A stretch of DNA of 64,000 bases from Ostreococcus lucimarinus (lineage: Eukaryota), in the NCBI GenBank assembly GCA_000092065.1, contig CP000590.1; one strand, 5' to 3'. Under the pieces are notes generated by a model. The model worked only from the letters and a program-made list of their open reading frames with translations. It made no database searches and had not been told where the DNA came from. A program made the translations under genes and the position numbers. Below are positions 21,643 to 33,455 of this stretch, piece after piece. The first letter of the stretch is position 1. Each line of letters begins with the position of its first letter.

Positions 21643-24582
21643 TCACCGCGGCTGCGAACGATCTTTCTTCTTGCGCCAGATTGCAAAGTCTTGTCCAGAA
21701 AGCACGCAATCCCACGCGTCGTCTGCATGAAAATGACCAGGTCCAATTTTCATCAAAAGTCGGTCATCGATGACGGCGGCGTACACGCTCTGCTCGCACT
21801 TGACGATTTTCACTTCGCTCCGGCAGTGAATACCGGACTGTTTGCGAATACGAATCATGTCTTCGATGGGTTTGTGCAAATGTCCCCAGTTGTTGTCAAA
21901 GATGTGATCCCAGAAGATTGTCGGCGTGCCCGGGTGGGTCAGGATGTACGCGTATCCTTGAAGCTCTTTGTCGCGAGGAAACCGCCAGTGGCCTTGCGTC
22001 GATCCAGTGTCGTGATTTTCTATGAAAGTCACCGCTCGACTAGGCCACCAACCCATGACACCCGGAGCCTTGCCTGCTTTATCCGATAAGCGCCAATACT
22101 CTTGGCGTTCAAATACGGCGTGCAGGATGCCCTTGGTGGTAACGTCGAACGCGCCGGCGTTTCCGCCGGCGGCGTTGAGCCAGTTCACGATCCGTTGTCG
22201 ATGACCATCTTGGTTGTAATCCAGAGCATCCATGTTATAGGCCAACGAATCCCAGTACTCACCGACCGCGAACTGCGGATTCGTCGCCTCCATGTAATCC
22301 TTCACGTGACCACCCCAGAAACCTCTCACGTAATCGAGTCGCCAACCGTCGTAGCCGACTTCTCGCATGAGCCAGCTCATCCAATCTTCGAGATCAGCCT
22401 TGACGAAAGCTTGATTATGGTCGATATTAGGAGCTGCATGGAACATTTCACCATCGGCTTTGTTTCCTCGGCCATGAAAATTGGGATCGTCTGCCACGAT
22501 GGCTGTCGCGTCCCACGGTAACTTGCCTCCAAACTTGTTGTACGTGCCGGGTACGTCGCCTATGAAATGGGCGCATCGATGGTTAAGCACGGCATCACCG
22601 AGCGCCATCACACCATTATCGTGCAAAGCCTTGATGGCGCCCTTTAATTCTTCCTTTGTGCCGTATCGAGAGTCCAAGTTATAATAATCCAGAGGCATGT
22701 AACCTTGCTCGCTGACGCTCGATGTCGGCGGAGGCAACCAAACCACCGTGAATCCTAGTTCCGCAATGGTGGGTGCAAGTCGCTCGACGGCTTGGTACCA
22801 TGGAGCCTTGCAAGACTCCCAGTTGAAGCCTTGAAGCAAAACTTCCCGACCGTTACCGACGGCTGATTTCTGAGGCTTTTGAATTCGCTCCGCCGGAGCA
22901 AAGTCGTCTTCGCTCAGTGGTGGAGTCGCCACCTCGTACTCGACTTGCATATTCATATCAAGCTCCTTCTCTTCGACTTCATCCATGGAGTCGAGATGCA
23001 ACTCCGCCGCACGAAACGCAGCGGCTGTGGCGACGTCTATCGCTTCCTTAGTCCGCTCACCAGTGAGATCGAGCGTGGTGCTTGCGTACGCCGGCTCGGG
23101 CATGGGAATGACAAAATCGTCGCCATTGCGATCAAGCCACCGTCCTTCTCCACCATTTTCTTTGAGAACAAACCGCATCGCAGTGGGTGCGTTTCCGAGC
23201 TGAAGCTCCGCATAACTCATCTGAATCCGATCGGACAGCGGGTTCTCGCATTTCTTCATGGGAGTCTCGCACGCTTTGCCCGTGTCCCCGACCACTGAAC
23301 CTTCTGGGCGCCATTGTTCCGGAGGCAACGTCCAAACATCCGCACGCGCGCCGCGAGGAACAATACCCCAATGCAAAACAATATTCCACGGAAGTTCAGC
23401 TTCTACACGCACCAAGACTCCACCACCCTCGACGTTCTTTTCCACTACGGCGCCAACTCTATAACTCACTTCTTTCTCGCGAATCAACTTTTCTTCAATG
23501 GTGTTCGTAGTGAGCCAAGGACCCTCCACCAACTTCACCGGCAGCGGTTCATCTATCGACTTAGTGATAGTGCGGGACTTTGTTACCATCCTCTTCACCT
23601 TTCGCATCCCAGTTTTGAGCGTCTTCGGCTTTTCCATGGGAGCCGCTTTGGCCAGTTCAAGTTCCGGTTCAGAGTCCTCATCCTCAGGCGGTCCTTCATC
23701 TCGCGCGGCGATTGGCTTGATAGATGTCAAACCGTTCGAACCAGCGCCAAAAAGTGACTCAACTAAGGCGTTAATATTCTCGTCTTTCGTGTCGAACGGC
23801 TTGGGGTCCACAGGCGGGGTTAGAAGACGTTTCCACGCGTTTGCCGGCTCGGAGATTTCTGACGACGCTGCTGAGACGACTTCCTCCTTGACGGGAGAGC
23901 TCGCGCGCGCGTTCAAATCGATGTTCACTTCGACCACTGATGAAAGTGAGGCGAGAGATTCGTCCAACTCTTGCTCCTCTTGTTCCTCTTCGTATTCTTC
24001 GTCCTCTTCAATCTCTTCCTCATAATCTTCCAGCATAGTAATCGTACGCGTCACTAACTCAGGTTCCGGCGGCTGTGGTATCGGCACGTGCCAATCTCTT
24101 CCGTTCGTGTTATGAATCCAGCGATCTTTCTTTGGTTCTTTGAACAGGAAGTTGATTGCGTAAAAGCCGTCCGCTACGTCACCTTCGATCGTAGCCGTGA
24201 GCGTGGGGCTCAAGCGTGACGACGTCGGCGTCATGCGCGTTTGACATACCCCCGTGGTTTCAATCGTAAACGGCGGTCTAATTTTTACTGGAGGTGTCTC
24301 CATGTTATCCCACGTTTCCTTACTAGTCGCCACGCCCCAATGCATGCGCAAATCTTGCCCTTCGGCGTCCATGTCCGTTTCCACGGTGACCTTGTACTTA
24401 ACACCATTCGTCTCGACCCGAACTTTCACAGAGGCTTCCACGCGCTCGCGCGCCTTGACGACGAAACTTTTCGTGTAAAACTCATCCTTGGCGAATTCAG
24501 CGGCGGCTTCGAGTTCAATCGTCGCCCCTCCCGCTTCTCCTCCGCTCATCGCTCGCGTCGTCGTCGTGGTCCCTCGCGGCAT
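21643..24582 (-). CDS. AMY3: Plastidial alpha-amylase, AMY3-type: N-terminal tandem CBM45-like starch-binding repeats plus C-terminal GH13 catalytic domain
   Basis: C-terminal plant alpha-amylase signature LLQGFNWES...GFTVVWLPPP...GDAVLNHR...DGWRLDYVRG...FVDNHDTG. Two upstream repeats around the HWG motif (RMHWGVATSKETWD and VLHWGIVPRGARADVW) are typical of CBM45. Start taken at the ATG at 24582; upstream sequence is low complexity. Confidence 0.8.
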   Translation of the reverse strand: MPRGTTTTTRAMSGGEAGGATIELEAAAEFAKDEFYTKSFVVKARERVEASVKVRVETNGVKYKVTVETDMDAEGQDLRMHWGVATSKETWDNMETPPVKIRPPFTIETTGVCQTRMTPTSSRLSPTLTATIEGDVADGFYAINFLFKEPKKDRWIHNTNGRDWHVPIPQPPEPELVTRTITMLEDYEEEIEEDEEYEEEQEEQELDESLASLSSVVEVNIDLNARASSPVKEEVVSAASSEISEPANAWKRLLTPPVDPKPFDTKDENINALVESLFGAGSNGLTSIKPIAARDEGPPEDEDSEPELELAKAAPMEKPKTLKTGMRKVKRMVTKSRTITKSIDEPLPVKLVEGPWLTTNTIEEKLIREKEVSYRVGAVVEKNVEGGGVLVRVEAELPWNIVLHWGIVPRGARADVWTLPPEQWRPEGSVVGDTGKACETPMKKCENPLSDRIQMSYAELQLGNAPTAMRFVLKENGGEGRWLDRNGDDFVIPMPEPAYASTTLDLTGERTKEAIDVATAAAFRAAELHLDSMDEVEEKELDMNMQVEYEVATPPLSEDDFAPAERIQKPQKSAVGNGREVLLQGFNWESCKAPWYQAVERLAPTIAELGFTVVWLPPPTSSVSEQGYMPLDYYNLDSRYGTKEELKGAIKALHDNGVMALGDAVLNHRCAHFIGDVPGTYNKFGGKLPWDATAIVADDPNFHGRGNKADGEMFHAAPNIDHNQAFVKADLEDWMSWLMREVGYDGWRLDYVRGFWGGHVKDYMEATNPQFAVGEYWDSLAYNMDALDYNQDGHRQRIVNWLNAAGGNAGAFDVTTKGILHAVFERQEYWRLSDKAGKAPGVMGWWPSRAVTFIENHDTGSTQGHWRFPRDKELQGYAYILTHPGTPTIFWDHIFDNNWGHLHKPIEDMIRIRKQSGIHCRSEVKIVKCEQSVYAAVIDDRLLMKIGPGHFHADDAWDCVLSGQDFAIWRKKKDRSQPR

Positions 24583-25190
24583 CTGTAAACTCTTTGTCCT
24601 CTTCGACTCCCCGAGCTCGAGTCTATCGTCACCGTCCCGTTCACCGACCGTCACCGATCGCGCGCGCGCAAACGTTCGACACCTCGCCCGCGTCGTCGTC
24701 GCGCATCGCGCGCCGCGTCGTCCATCTCTCTCCGCCTTCGCCTTCGCCTTCGCCTTCGTCCCGCCGCGTCCCCGCGCGTCGCGCGTCGTTCCCGCGACGT
24801 TCGCGCGCATCGACTCCATCGCGCGCGAAACACCCGCGCTTTCGTCGACGCTCGCGCGTCCGTCGCGCGCTCGTCGCGACGCGCGCCGAACCGAACGCGC
24901 GCGTCGTTCGATCGGTCGTCGTTCGCGCCAACGCTGTCACGATCGGCGTCGCGTCGTCGCGCGCGCGCTGCGGTGCGGTGCGGTGTCGCTCGCGACGACG
25001 CGCGCGCGCGACGATCGTCGTTCGTCGCGCGCGCTCGCGTGCGGCTCGGGCGTTCGACGCCGCGCGGCGCGAGGGCCAAGATGTGCCGAGGCGCCGGGGC
25101 GGTCGCCGCGCGCGCGTGTTTGAAATGGAGCGCGGGTCGGAGGTCGCGAGCGGTGTTGCGTGCTTACAAGCGAGCGGAAGCGTGATTAGT

Positions 25191-26990
25191 TTAAATAGTC
25201 GGGAAATCGAAGAGAATGTCTTCGTCGTTGACGTCGGCGTGGACGTTCGCTTTGATGGGCTCGTCGTCGAAGGACATGCGCGCGGTGGCGACGGAGACGG
25301 GGTGTTCGAAACCGGCGGACGCGTCGCGAGAGGGCGATTGTCGGACGCCGCCGGCCCGGTTTTGACTGACGTAAAGCTGTAAATCGCGGGATAGCTCTTG
25401 GTGCTTTTTCTGGAGGTCGTGGATCTCGGCCTCGAGGGCAACTTGCTCGCGGAGGTAGTCGCCCTGACTTGCGCCCGGAGCCTGGACCATGGAGACGTTG
25501 CACAGACGAAGCTTGACGTTTGCGTCGTGGAGATGCGCCACGGTGTGCGAGATTGCTTTTCGTAAAGACGCGAGCTTGGACGTATCCGGTAAGCACGCGG
25601 ACTGCTGCGTCATTTGATCGTCGTAACGGGCGAGTCGCTGATTCTGAAGCATCTCCAACCGCAACTGTTCGTTGGCGAGGTGCAGCGAGTTGCCCCAAGC
25701 CATGTCCGTGCTACTGTGCGCTCTCGCCCCGTTCTGGTGCTGCATGAATTGCGAGATGAAGTTGTCCGGATCGGTTTCATCGAATACACGTCTGAAGCCG
25801 TTTTCTTGTCGTTCCGCTTCTGTGAGTTTTCTTCTACCACTCGCCTTCGACGCCGGTTTCTGCTCCGCCGACTCGATGGGCTTCCTCTTCATCACCGTAC
25901 CTTTCACCGACATGGGCTTCAACTTGCTCACTCGCTCTCGGATCTGTGTTTGACGCTCACGCGATTGATTTTCCGGGCGCAGCAAACACGATTTTGGCGC
26001 CGTTTCAGTGCCGCACTTGCCCTTCTTACTGCGCTTGCAGACGTCGCATTTGAACGATGCCACGCGGCTGCGGCCAACCCTGGCGGACGTCACCGCGCCG
26101 CTCGGAGGACGCGTGGCGGTTTTCGGGCCAGCGTTTTTGAAGTCATTGAGACTTTTCATCCCAGGTGGTGCGTCGCACGAGTCGTCGTCCGATGCGTCGC
26201 TAAACTTGTTCAATCCTTGCGCCCGCCAAGTCGTGGTGAACATCAGCTCGGCTAAATCGCACAGCTTTCTCATTCTGCTAGACGACGGGTAACAGGACCG
26301 ACAGTTGGACCAAATCGAATTGCACGCTTTCCAAACCTCTCGAGACGACGCAAAGGCGTTCATTCTAAGTTTGTTCAGCACGATCGTCAGACCCATGGGC
26401 TCTTCCACCACGGACCCGTAATTCGCGCGCTCCACCGTCTGCGGATCGATGGGATCCCGGAAGTTCAACGCCTCGGGTTGATTTATGAAGTTTTCGAGTA
26501 AATGCTTGCATTTCTCCAGCTCCAATTGATTTTGAACGCGCTCATTCGCGAGCGCAACATCTGATCTAGGGAATAAATCCTTATCTTCCCGTCCTAACCC
26601 AACCTGCGTCGTGTTCGCGCCATCCGATCCCGCGCTCGTCGCAGCCGTGGAATCGAGCGAAAGCACGCTCGCAGATTTCGGCATCTCGAGCGCCTCCCGC
26701 GATATTCCCACGCTCGGAATGCACACTAACCCCCCAAGCTCGCCGATTCCTCTCGAGGTCCATTTATCGTCGAAATACGCGCGAACGACCCGAACGGCGT
26801 CTAGCCTCGACGTCGCTCCCTCCCTCGTCCACTTGTCTTCTAAAAACGCCCACGTGCGCTCCACGTCCACTTTGTAATCATCCGTCGTGTCGTACTTCCT
26901 ATCGTACGCCCGCTTGATCACCCACTCCAATCGTCCGCTCGGTCCATCGCCGTGCTCTCGTTCGATCTCCTCCGCTCGAACCGATCGCAC
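25191..26990 (-). CDS. Bromodomain-containing protein with C-terminal coiled coil; 5' end unresolved
   Basis: Bromodomain: FRDPIDPQTVERANYGSVVEEPMGLTIVLNKLRMNAFASSREVWKACNSIWSNCRSCY. The N-terminal ~100 aa contain an internal repeat (AFLEDKWTREG / AYFDDKWTSRG) but no ATG. The ORF-track start is a GTG, so an upstream exon or alternative start is likely. Confidence 0.55.
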   Translation of the reverse strand: MRSVRAEEIEREHGDGPSGRLEWVIKRAYDRKYDTTDDYKVDVERTWAFLEDKWTREGATSRLDAVRVVRAYFDDKWTSRGIGELGGLVCIPSVGISREALEMPKSASVLSLDSTAATSAGSDGANTTQVGLGREDKDLFPRSDVALANERVQNQLELEKCKHLLENFINQPEALNFRDPIDPQTVERANYGSVVEEPMGLTIVLNKLRMNAFASSREVWKACNSIWSNCRSCYPSSSRMRKLCDLAELMFTTTWRAQGLNKFSDASDDDSCDAPPGMKSLNDFKNAGPKTATRPPSGAVTSARVGRSRVASFKCDVCKRSKKGKCGTETAPKSCLLRPENQSRERQTQIRERVSKLKPMSVKGTVMKRKPIESAEQKPASKASGRRKLTEAERQENGFRRVFDETDPDNFISQFMQHQNGARAHSSTDMAWGNSLHLANEQLRLEMLQNQRLARYDDQMTQQSACLPDTSKLASLRKAISHTVAHLHDANVKLRLCNVSMVQAPGASQGDYLREQVALEAEIHDLQKKHQELSRDLQLYVSQNRAGGVRQSPSRDASAGFEHPVSVATARMSFDDEPIKANVHADVNDEDILFDFPTI

Positions 26991-27406
26991 CGCGAGCGCC
27001 CTCGAGTCCTCCCCGTCCTCGCTCGATTTCCCGCTCGTCGACGTCGGTTCGCTCGATCGCTCGAACGCCTCTCGCGCTCGCGCGTGTCTCAGCGCATCAA
27101 GCGTACACTACGATAAAATCGCGCGTCACGCGCGCGCGCGTCGTCAGTCACGTCGTCCCGATCGTTTCCTTCCCTCTTCCTCCGCTCGGCGTCGAGATAT
27201 TTCCTTCTATCCACAACCGCCTCGGCGTTTGAACCATCGTCCCGTCCTTCGCCGTCGTCCGCGCGTCCTCGCCGACCCTCTCTCTCGCTCGCGCGCGTCG
27301 CGCAACCTCCCCGCGCGTCGTTCATCGCGCGCCGTTCGCCCGCCTTCGCCTCGCGCGCGCGCCTCGGCTCGATAATCCATCGCCCCGCGTTCGATCGATC
27401 GTCCCT

Positions 27407-27447
<41 letters not shown>

Positions 27448-27705
27448 TCGCGCGCGTCGCGGCGCCTCGCGCGCGCGCCGCGACGCGCCGCGCGATCGTC
27501 GCGCCGAAGTCGCACCTCTATCGCCAGGCGTATCGCGCCCCCGCGCGCGAGCGCGTCGCCGTCCGCGCGCATCGCTGTGCGGTGCCGCGCGACGCGGCCG
27601 ACGCCCTCGCGGGTTCCGCGCGAACAACGGGCGCGAGACGGCGCAGAGTACGCGTCGTCGATCGGGTCGAGTGTTTATGCACACGGGGATTCGTTCGTAT
27701 TGTAG

Positions 27706-27725
27706 TTAGGGTCGTTAGGGTTTAT
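27706..27725. promoter_or_regulatory. Telo-box-like motif (TTAGGGTCGTTAGGGTTT, reverse complement of AAACCCTAA) ~105 bp upstream of the YchJ-like gene
   Basis: Direct reading. Same motif class as the sites at 30979 and 51687. Confidence 0.4.
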
Positions 27726-27829
27726 GAAAAGGCCGCGACGCGCCGGCGACCGCGCCGGGACGCGCGCGCGCGGCGTCGCACGCCGACGCGCGCGGCGCTC
27801 GAGCGCCGTCTTCGCGTCCGTCTCGCGCG

Positions 27830-28498
27830 ATGCGCGTCGCGTCGACGCGCGCGCGCGCGGGCGTCGCGGCGCCGCGAACGCGCGACGCGCGAGACCGCGG
27901 ACGCCGCCGGGACGCGACCGCGCGCGCGCGACGCGGGATGCTGGGCGACGCGATGCGCGAGCGCGACGACGCGAGCGAGGAGAGAACGGGGAAACAACGC
28001 GGCGCGTCGGGGTGCGCGTGCGGGAAAGACGCGAGCGTGGCGTACGAGGCGTGCTGCGGGCGGGCGCACGGGGACGCGAACGCGGCGGCGGCGCTCGCCG
28101 CCGAGGACGTGATGCGCGCGAGATTCACGGCGTACGTCGTCGGCGACGCGCAATATATCGTGAGCTCGACGCACGAAGAGTCCAAAGATCGCGCGCGGGA
28201 GTCCCTGCTGAGGGACGCGGAGAACACGATCAAGCGAATACGATTCCACTCGTTTCGAGCGAAGCGGTCGAGCGAGAAAGACGGCGAGGCGTACGTGACG
28301 TACGAGGCGGATTACACCCAAGGAAAGGGAAGGGGAAAGATGAAAACGTTAGCCGAACGCGCGCGCTTGCGAAGAGACGCGGAGACCGGAGGGTGGAAAT
28401 TTGTGGACGCCGTGGCGTTGGGCGCGAACGCGTCGCTCGACGACGCGGGCGACGCCGCCGCGCCGGGCGCGCCCGATCCCAGCCGCCGACCGATGTGA
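27830..28498 (+). CDS. YchJ/UPF0225-like protein with N-terminal SEC-C metal-binding motif and NTF2-like domain (bacterial-type)
   Basis: GCACGKDASVAYEACCG (SEC-C: CxCG...Y..CCG) followed by AEDVMRARFTAYVVGDAQYIVSSTHEE, typical of YchJ. Start could be the ATG at 27938. Confidence 0.55.
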   Translation: MRVASTRARAGVAAPRTRDARDRGRRRDATARARRGMLGDAMRERDDASEERTGKQRGASGCACGKDASVAYEACCGRAHGDANAAAALAAEDVMRARFTAYVVGDAQYIVSSTHEESKDRARESLLRDAENTIKRIRFHSFRAKRSSEKDGEAYVTYEADYTQGKGRGKMKTLAERARLRRDAETGGWKFVDAVALGANASLDDAGDAAAPGAPDPSRRPM

Positions 28499-28644
28499 CG
28501 ACGCGACGACGGACGCGTCTTCCGCTTGTGATGTAATGCACTCGATATTTGGTGCGCCCGCGCGATCCGCGACGCACCTCGAAACGTCTCCGCAGACGCC
28601 CGCGGCGCCGCACTTTGCGACGCGCTCGCGTCGATCGGTCCATC

Positions 28645-29331
28645 ATGTCCACGCCATCGCTCCGTCGCGCCTCCGCCGCGGTCGCGCGCGCGGCGTCGTC
28701 GGCGCTCGCGACGACGCGCGTGTCGTCGTCGCCCGCGATCTCGATCGCGCGCCGGGCGTTCGTCACCGCGCCGCGTCGCGACGATTTCTTTGACGCCGCC
28801 GTGAAATCGTCGTCGACGACGACGTCGTTCGCGGCGTCTCTCTCGCTCTCGCGCGCGTACGCGAGCAAGGGAAAGAAAGCGTCCAAGTCCAAGTCGTCGC
28901 AGGGCAAACGGACGAAAGGCAAGGGCATGGGCGCGCTCCCGATCAGCGCCAAGGCTGAGCACACGACCAAGGGCAATAAAAACACGTACCTCGAGGCGCT
29001 GACGAAGCTGGACGCGACGGAAATCGAGGAAAACCTGACGCCCGAGGAGCTCGCGGAGTACGAAGCGCGAGCGAAGGCGTACTCTCGAGAGAAGATGCGG
29101 GCAGAGCGCGCGTTTGCCGCAGATATTAACGAAAAGATTAGGATTAAAAAGGCGGCGATTGCGGCGTTGCCCGCGGGGGCGACGCGAGACGCGGCGATGG
29201 TGGAGGATGAAGATTTGTTTCCGTTGAAGCGTAAACTGCCCATGTACACGCCCGCGATTCCTGGGTTCTACGAGGATAAACAGAGGTTAGCCGAAGAGGC
29301 GGTGAGCGGTGGGGCGGCTTTGAAAAAGTAG
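28645..29331 (+). CDS. Small basic protein with mitochondrial-type presequence; possible mitoribosomal or other matrix protein
   Basis: Presequence MSTPSLRRASAAVARAASSALATTRVSSSPAISIARRAFVTAPRR, then a Lys-rich coiled segment. No diagnostic motif. Confidence 0.4.
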   Translation: MSTPSLRRASAAVARAASSALATTRVSSSPAISIARRAFVTAPRRDDFFDAAVKSSSTTTSFAASLSLSRAYASKGKKASKSKSSQGKRTKGKGMGALPISAKAEHTTKGNKNTYLEALTKLDATEIEENLTPEELAEYEARAKAYSREKMRAERAFAADINEKIRIKKAAIAALPAGATRDAAMVEDEDLFPLKRKLPMYTPAIPGFYEDKQRLAEEAVSGGAALKK

Positions 29332-29495
29332 AAGCGAAAACGCGAGAACGTTGCGATGAAGAATATTACTCATAGATTAGATTTCAACTTGCAGATCGGC
29401 GACAATACTAACGAGCACCAGCTTCCATCGCCGTAGTCTCCTATTCTCGTTTTCGTGTTTGTGCTATAATTGAATTCAGACGTTCTCGCGAACAT

Positions 29496-30836
29496 CTAAA
29501 TGTTCTCGCGAAGGACCTTGACGACGGACTTGAACGCGAACCACTCTGGAATGTCCTCGCCGCCTCTCAACATTTGGCGGAACTTGGTGCCGCTGAGCTT
29601 CTTGATGTTGAGACCCTTCTCCTTGGCGACATCGGCGGTGACGTAGCCTTCTTCTTCGGTGTACACGACGTTCAAGCTCGGGACGGTTTTCATGCCGAGC
29701 TCAGCCGCGTTCGCCTTGGCCAAGTCTTGGGCGTCGTACGCGCCGTAAAAGTCTTCTCCGTCGAGGGAAGACTTGGAACCAGCCATATCGCGACCGATGA
29801 TGAAGTGCGTGCAGCCGTAGTTCTTACGAATGATCATGTGCTGAATAGCTTCGCGCGGACCCGCCATGTGCATGGAGTACGGGAGGTAGGCCCAGCGAAT
29901 TTGCGGGTTCTTCACCTCTTCCGCGAGGACGACGTACGTCTTGTATCGCACCAAGCCCGAGATGTCGTCGTCTTGGGTCGGACCCATGGTCGGGTGAACG
30001 AGGCACACGGCGTCCTTACCGACGTTTTCCGCGTGCAAAGCGCGAGTGAAGAGCTCGTAGTGCGCGCGGTGCACCGGGTTGCGGCACTGGAACGCCACGA
30101 CATCCTTACCCGCGGGCAACCCCGCGCGCACCTCGGCGGGCGTCGGGCACGGAAACGGTCGCTGCGGAATGTTCAAACCCTCAATCTTACCACCGATGTA
30201 ATACTTGCGACGCTCCATGGAGATCATCGCCACGCCGGGATGCTCGATGGAGCTCGTCCCGTAGCACATCTTCGCCTCTTTCGGCTTATTCGGCTTCCAC
30301 TTCGACTCCACCGTCAGCACGCCGACGTCCTTGCCCTGATACTTGAGCAACACTCTGTCGCCCGCCTTGGTGTCCTCGCAATTCGTGTCCAACACGATCG
30401 GCAGCCCGAACAACAGCTCGCTCCCCTTCAACCGCATCGTCTCCACGCAGTGTTCGTACTCGTCCTCGTTCATGAACCCTCGCAGCGGCGAGAACCCCCC
30501 CGCGCTCAGCAGCTCGACGTCGCACGCGTTTCGATCCGACAGCTCGAGCGCCCGCGTGCACGACGCGATCGCCCTCGCCTTCGCCCCGTCGTCCTCGAGC
30601 ATCAGATTCACCAGCGCGCCGCCGTGCGGCGCGATCAACCCTTCGCTCTGCGACGCGAACGTCCGCTCGCGCGCCGTCATCGCGCGTCGCGCCGTCGCCG
30701 TCGCCGTCGCCGTCGAACCCTGAGGCGTCGTCGCCGCCGTCGCGAGCGCGTCGCGCGGCGCCCCCGGCGCGGGCCGCGTCACCGCGCATCGCGCGCGACG
30801 CAGCGCATCGCGCGCGAGTCTCGCGCGCATCGCCAT
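29496..30836 (-). CDS. ATPS: ATP sulfurylase (sulfate adenylyltransferase), plastid-targeted
   Basis: QCRNPVHRAHYEL (the QTRN..HRAH motif), a GRD loop, PUA-like N-domain, Ser/Thr/Ala-rich transit peptide. Confidence 0.85.
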   Translation of the reverse strand: MAMRARLARDALRRARCAVTRPAPGAPRDALATAATTPQGSTATATATARRAMTARERTFASQSEGLIAPHGGALVNLMLEDDGAKARAIASCTRALELSDRNACDVELLSAGGFSPLRGFMNEDEYEHCVETMRLKGSELLFGLPIVLDTNCEDTKAGDRVLLKYQGKDVGVLTVESKWKPNKPKEAKMCYGTSSIEHPGVAMISMERRKYYIGGKIEGLNIPQRPFPCPTPAEVRAGLPAGKDVVAFQCRNPVHRAHYELFTRALHAENVGKDAVCLVHPTMGPTQDDDISGLVRYKTYVVLAEEVKNPQIRWAYLPYSMHMAGPREAIQHMIIRKNYGCTHFIIGRDMAGSKSSLDGEDFYGAYDAQDLAKANAAELGMKTVPSLNVVYTEEEGYVTADVAKEKGLNIKKLSGTKFRQMLRGGEDIPEWFAFKSVVKVLRENI

Positions 30837-30978
30837 CGTCCGTCGTCGCGCCGTCGTCGTGTGTCGCGCCGCGCGCGCGGCGGCGATCGATCGCGGCCCG
30901 CGCCGCGTCGCCGTTCGAGCGTTTCTATTTAGACATCCACCTACCCGGAATACGCGCCGAATGGAGATATCAGAGCGA

Positions 30979-31013
30979 TCCTAAACCCTAAACCGATCCT
31001 CAACCCTAAACAC
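30979..31013. repeat. Interstitial plant-type telomere-like repeat (CTAAACCCTAAACC...CAACCCTAAAC) in the divergent ATPS/HSP60 promoter
   Basis: Direct reading. Corresponds to the AAACCCTAA telo-box cis-element class. Confidence 0.65.
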
Positions 31014-31169
31014 CCGGGCGTGGAAAAAGGCCCCCGACGCGACGCGTCCCACATCGCCACGCGACGACGCGACGAACGGCGCGATGCGACGACACGCGAC
31101 GCGCGCGATGCGAGCGCTCACGCGGTACGACGACGACGACGACGACGAACGCGTGCGATGCGCGCGAGC

Positions 31170-33384
<2,215 letters not shown>

Positions 33385-33455
33385 TCATACTTGACTAACG
33401 CTGCTTTTGTGAATCACAAATCTACAAATTATTTACATGAATAAAGCGGTCCTAT

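Noticed and set aside
20324-21715. 463-aa minus-strand ORF spanning the IF3 locus
   Set aside because: It overlaps the reconstructed IF3 exons in antisense. Its composition is poly-Arg/Val/His low complexity with no domain.
29574-30932. 452-aa plus-strand ORF antisense to ATP sulfurylase
   Set aside because: It fully overlaps a strongly supported ATP-sulfurylase CDS. It is Arg-rich with no motifs, so it is a mirror ORF.
30979-31013. Telomere repeats considered as a chromosome end, fusion point or misassembly
   Set aside because: Only 2-3 units, flanked on both sides by unique promoter sequence and functional genes. The same motif recurs in three other promoters in the window.
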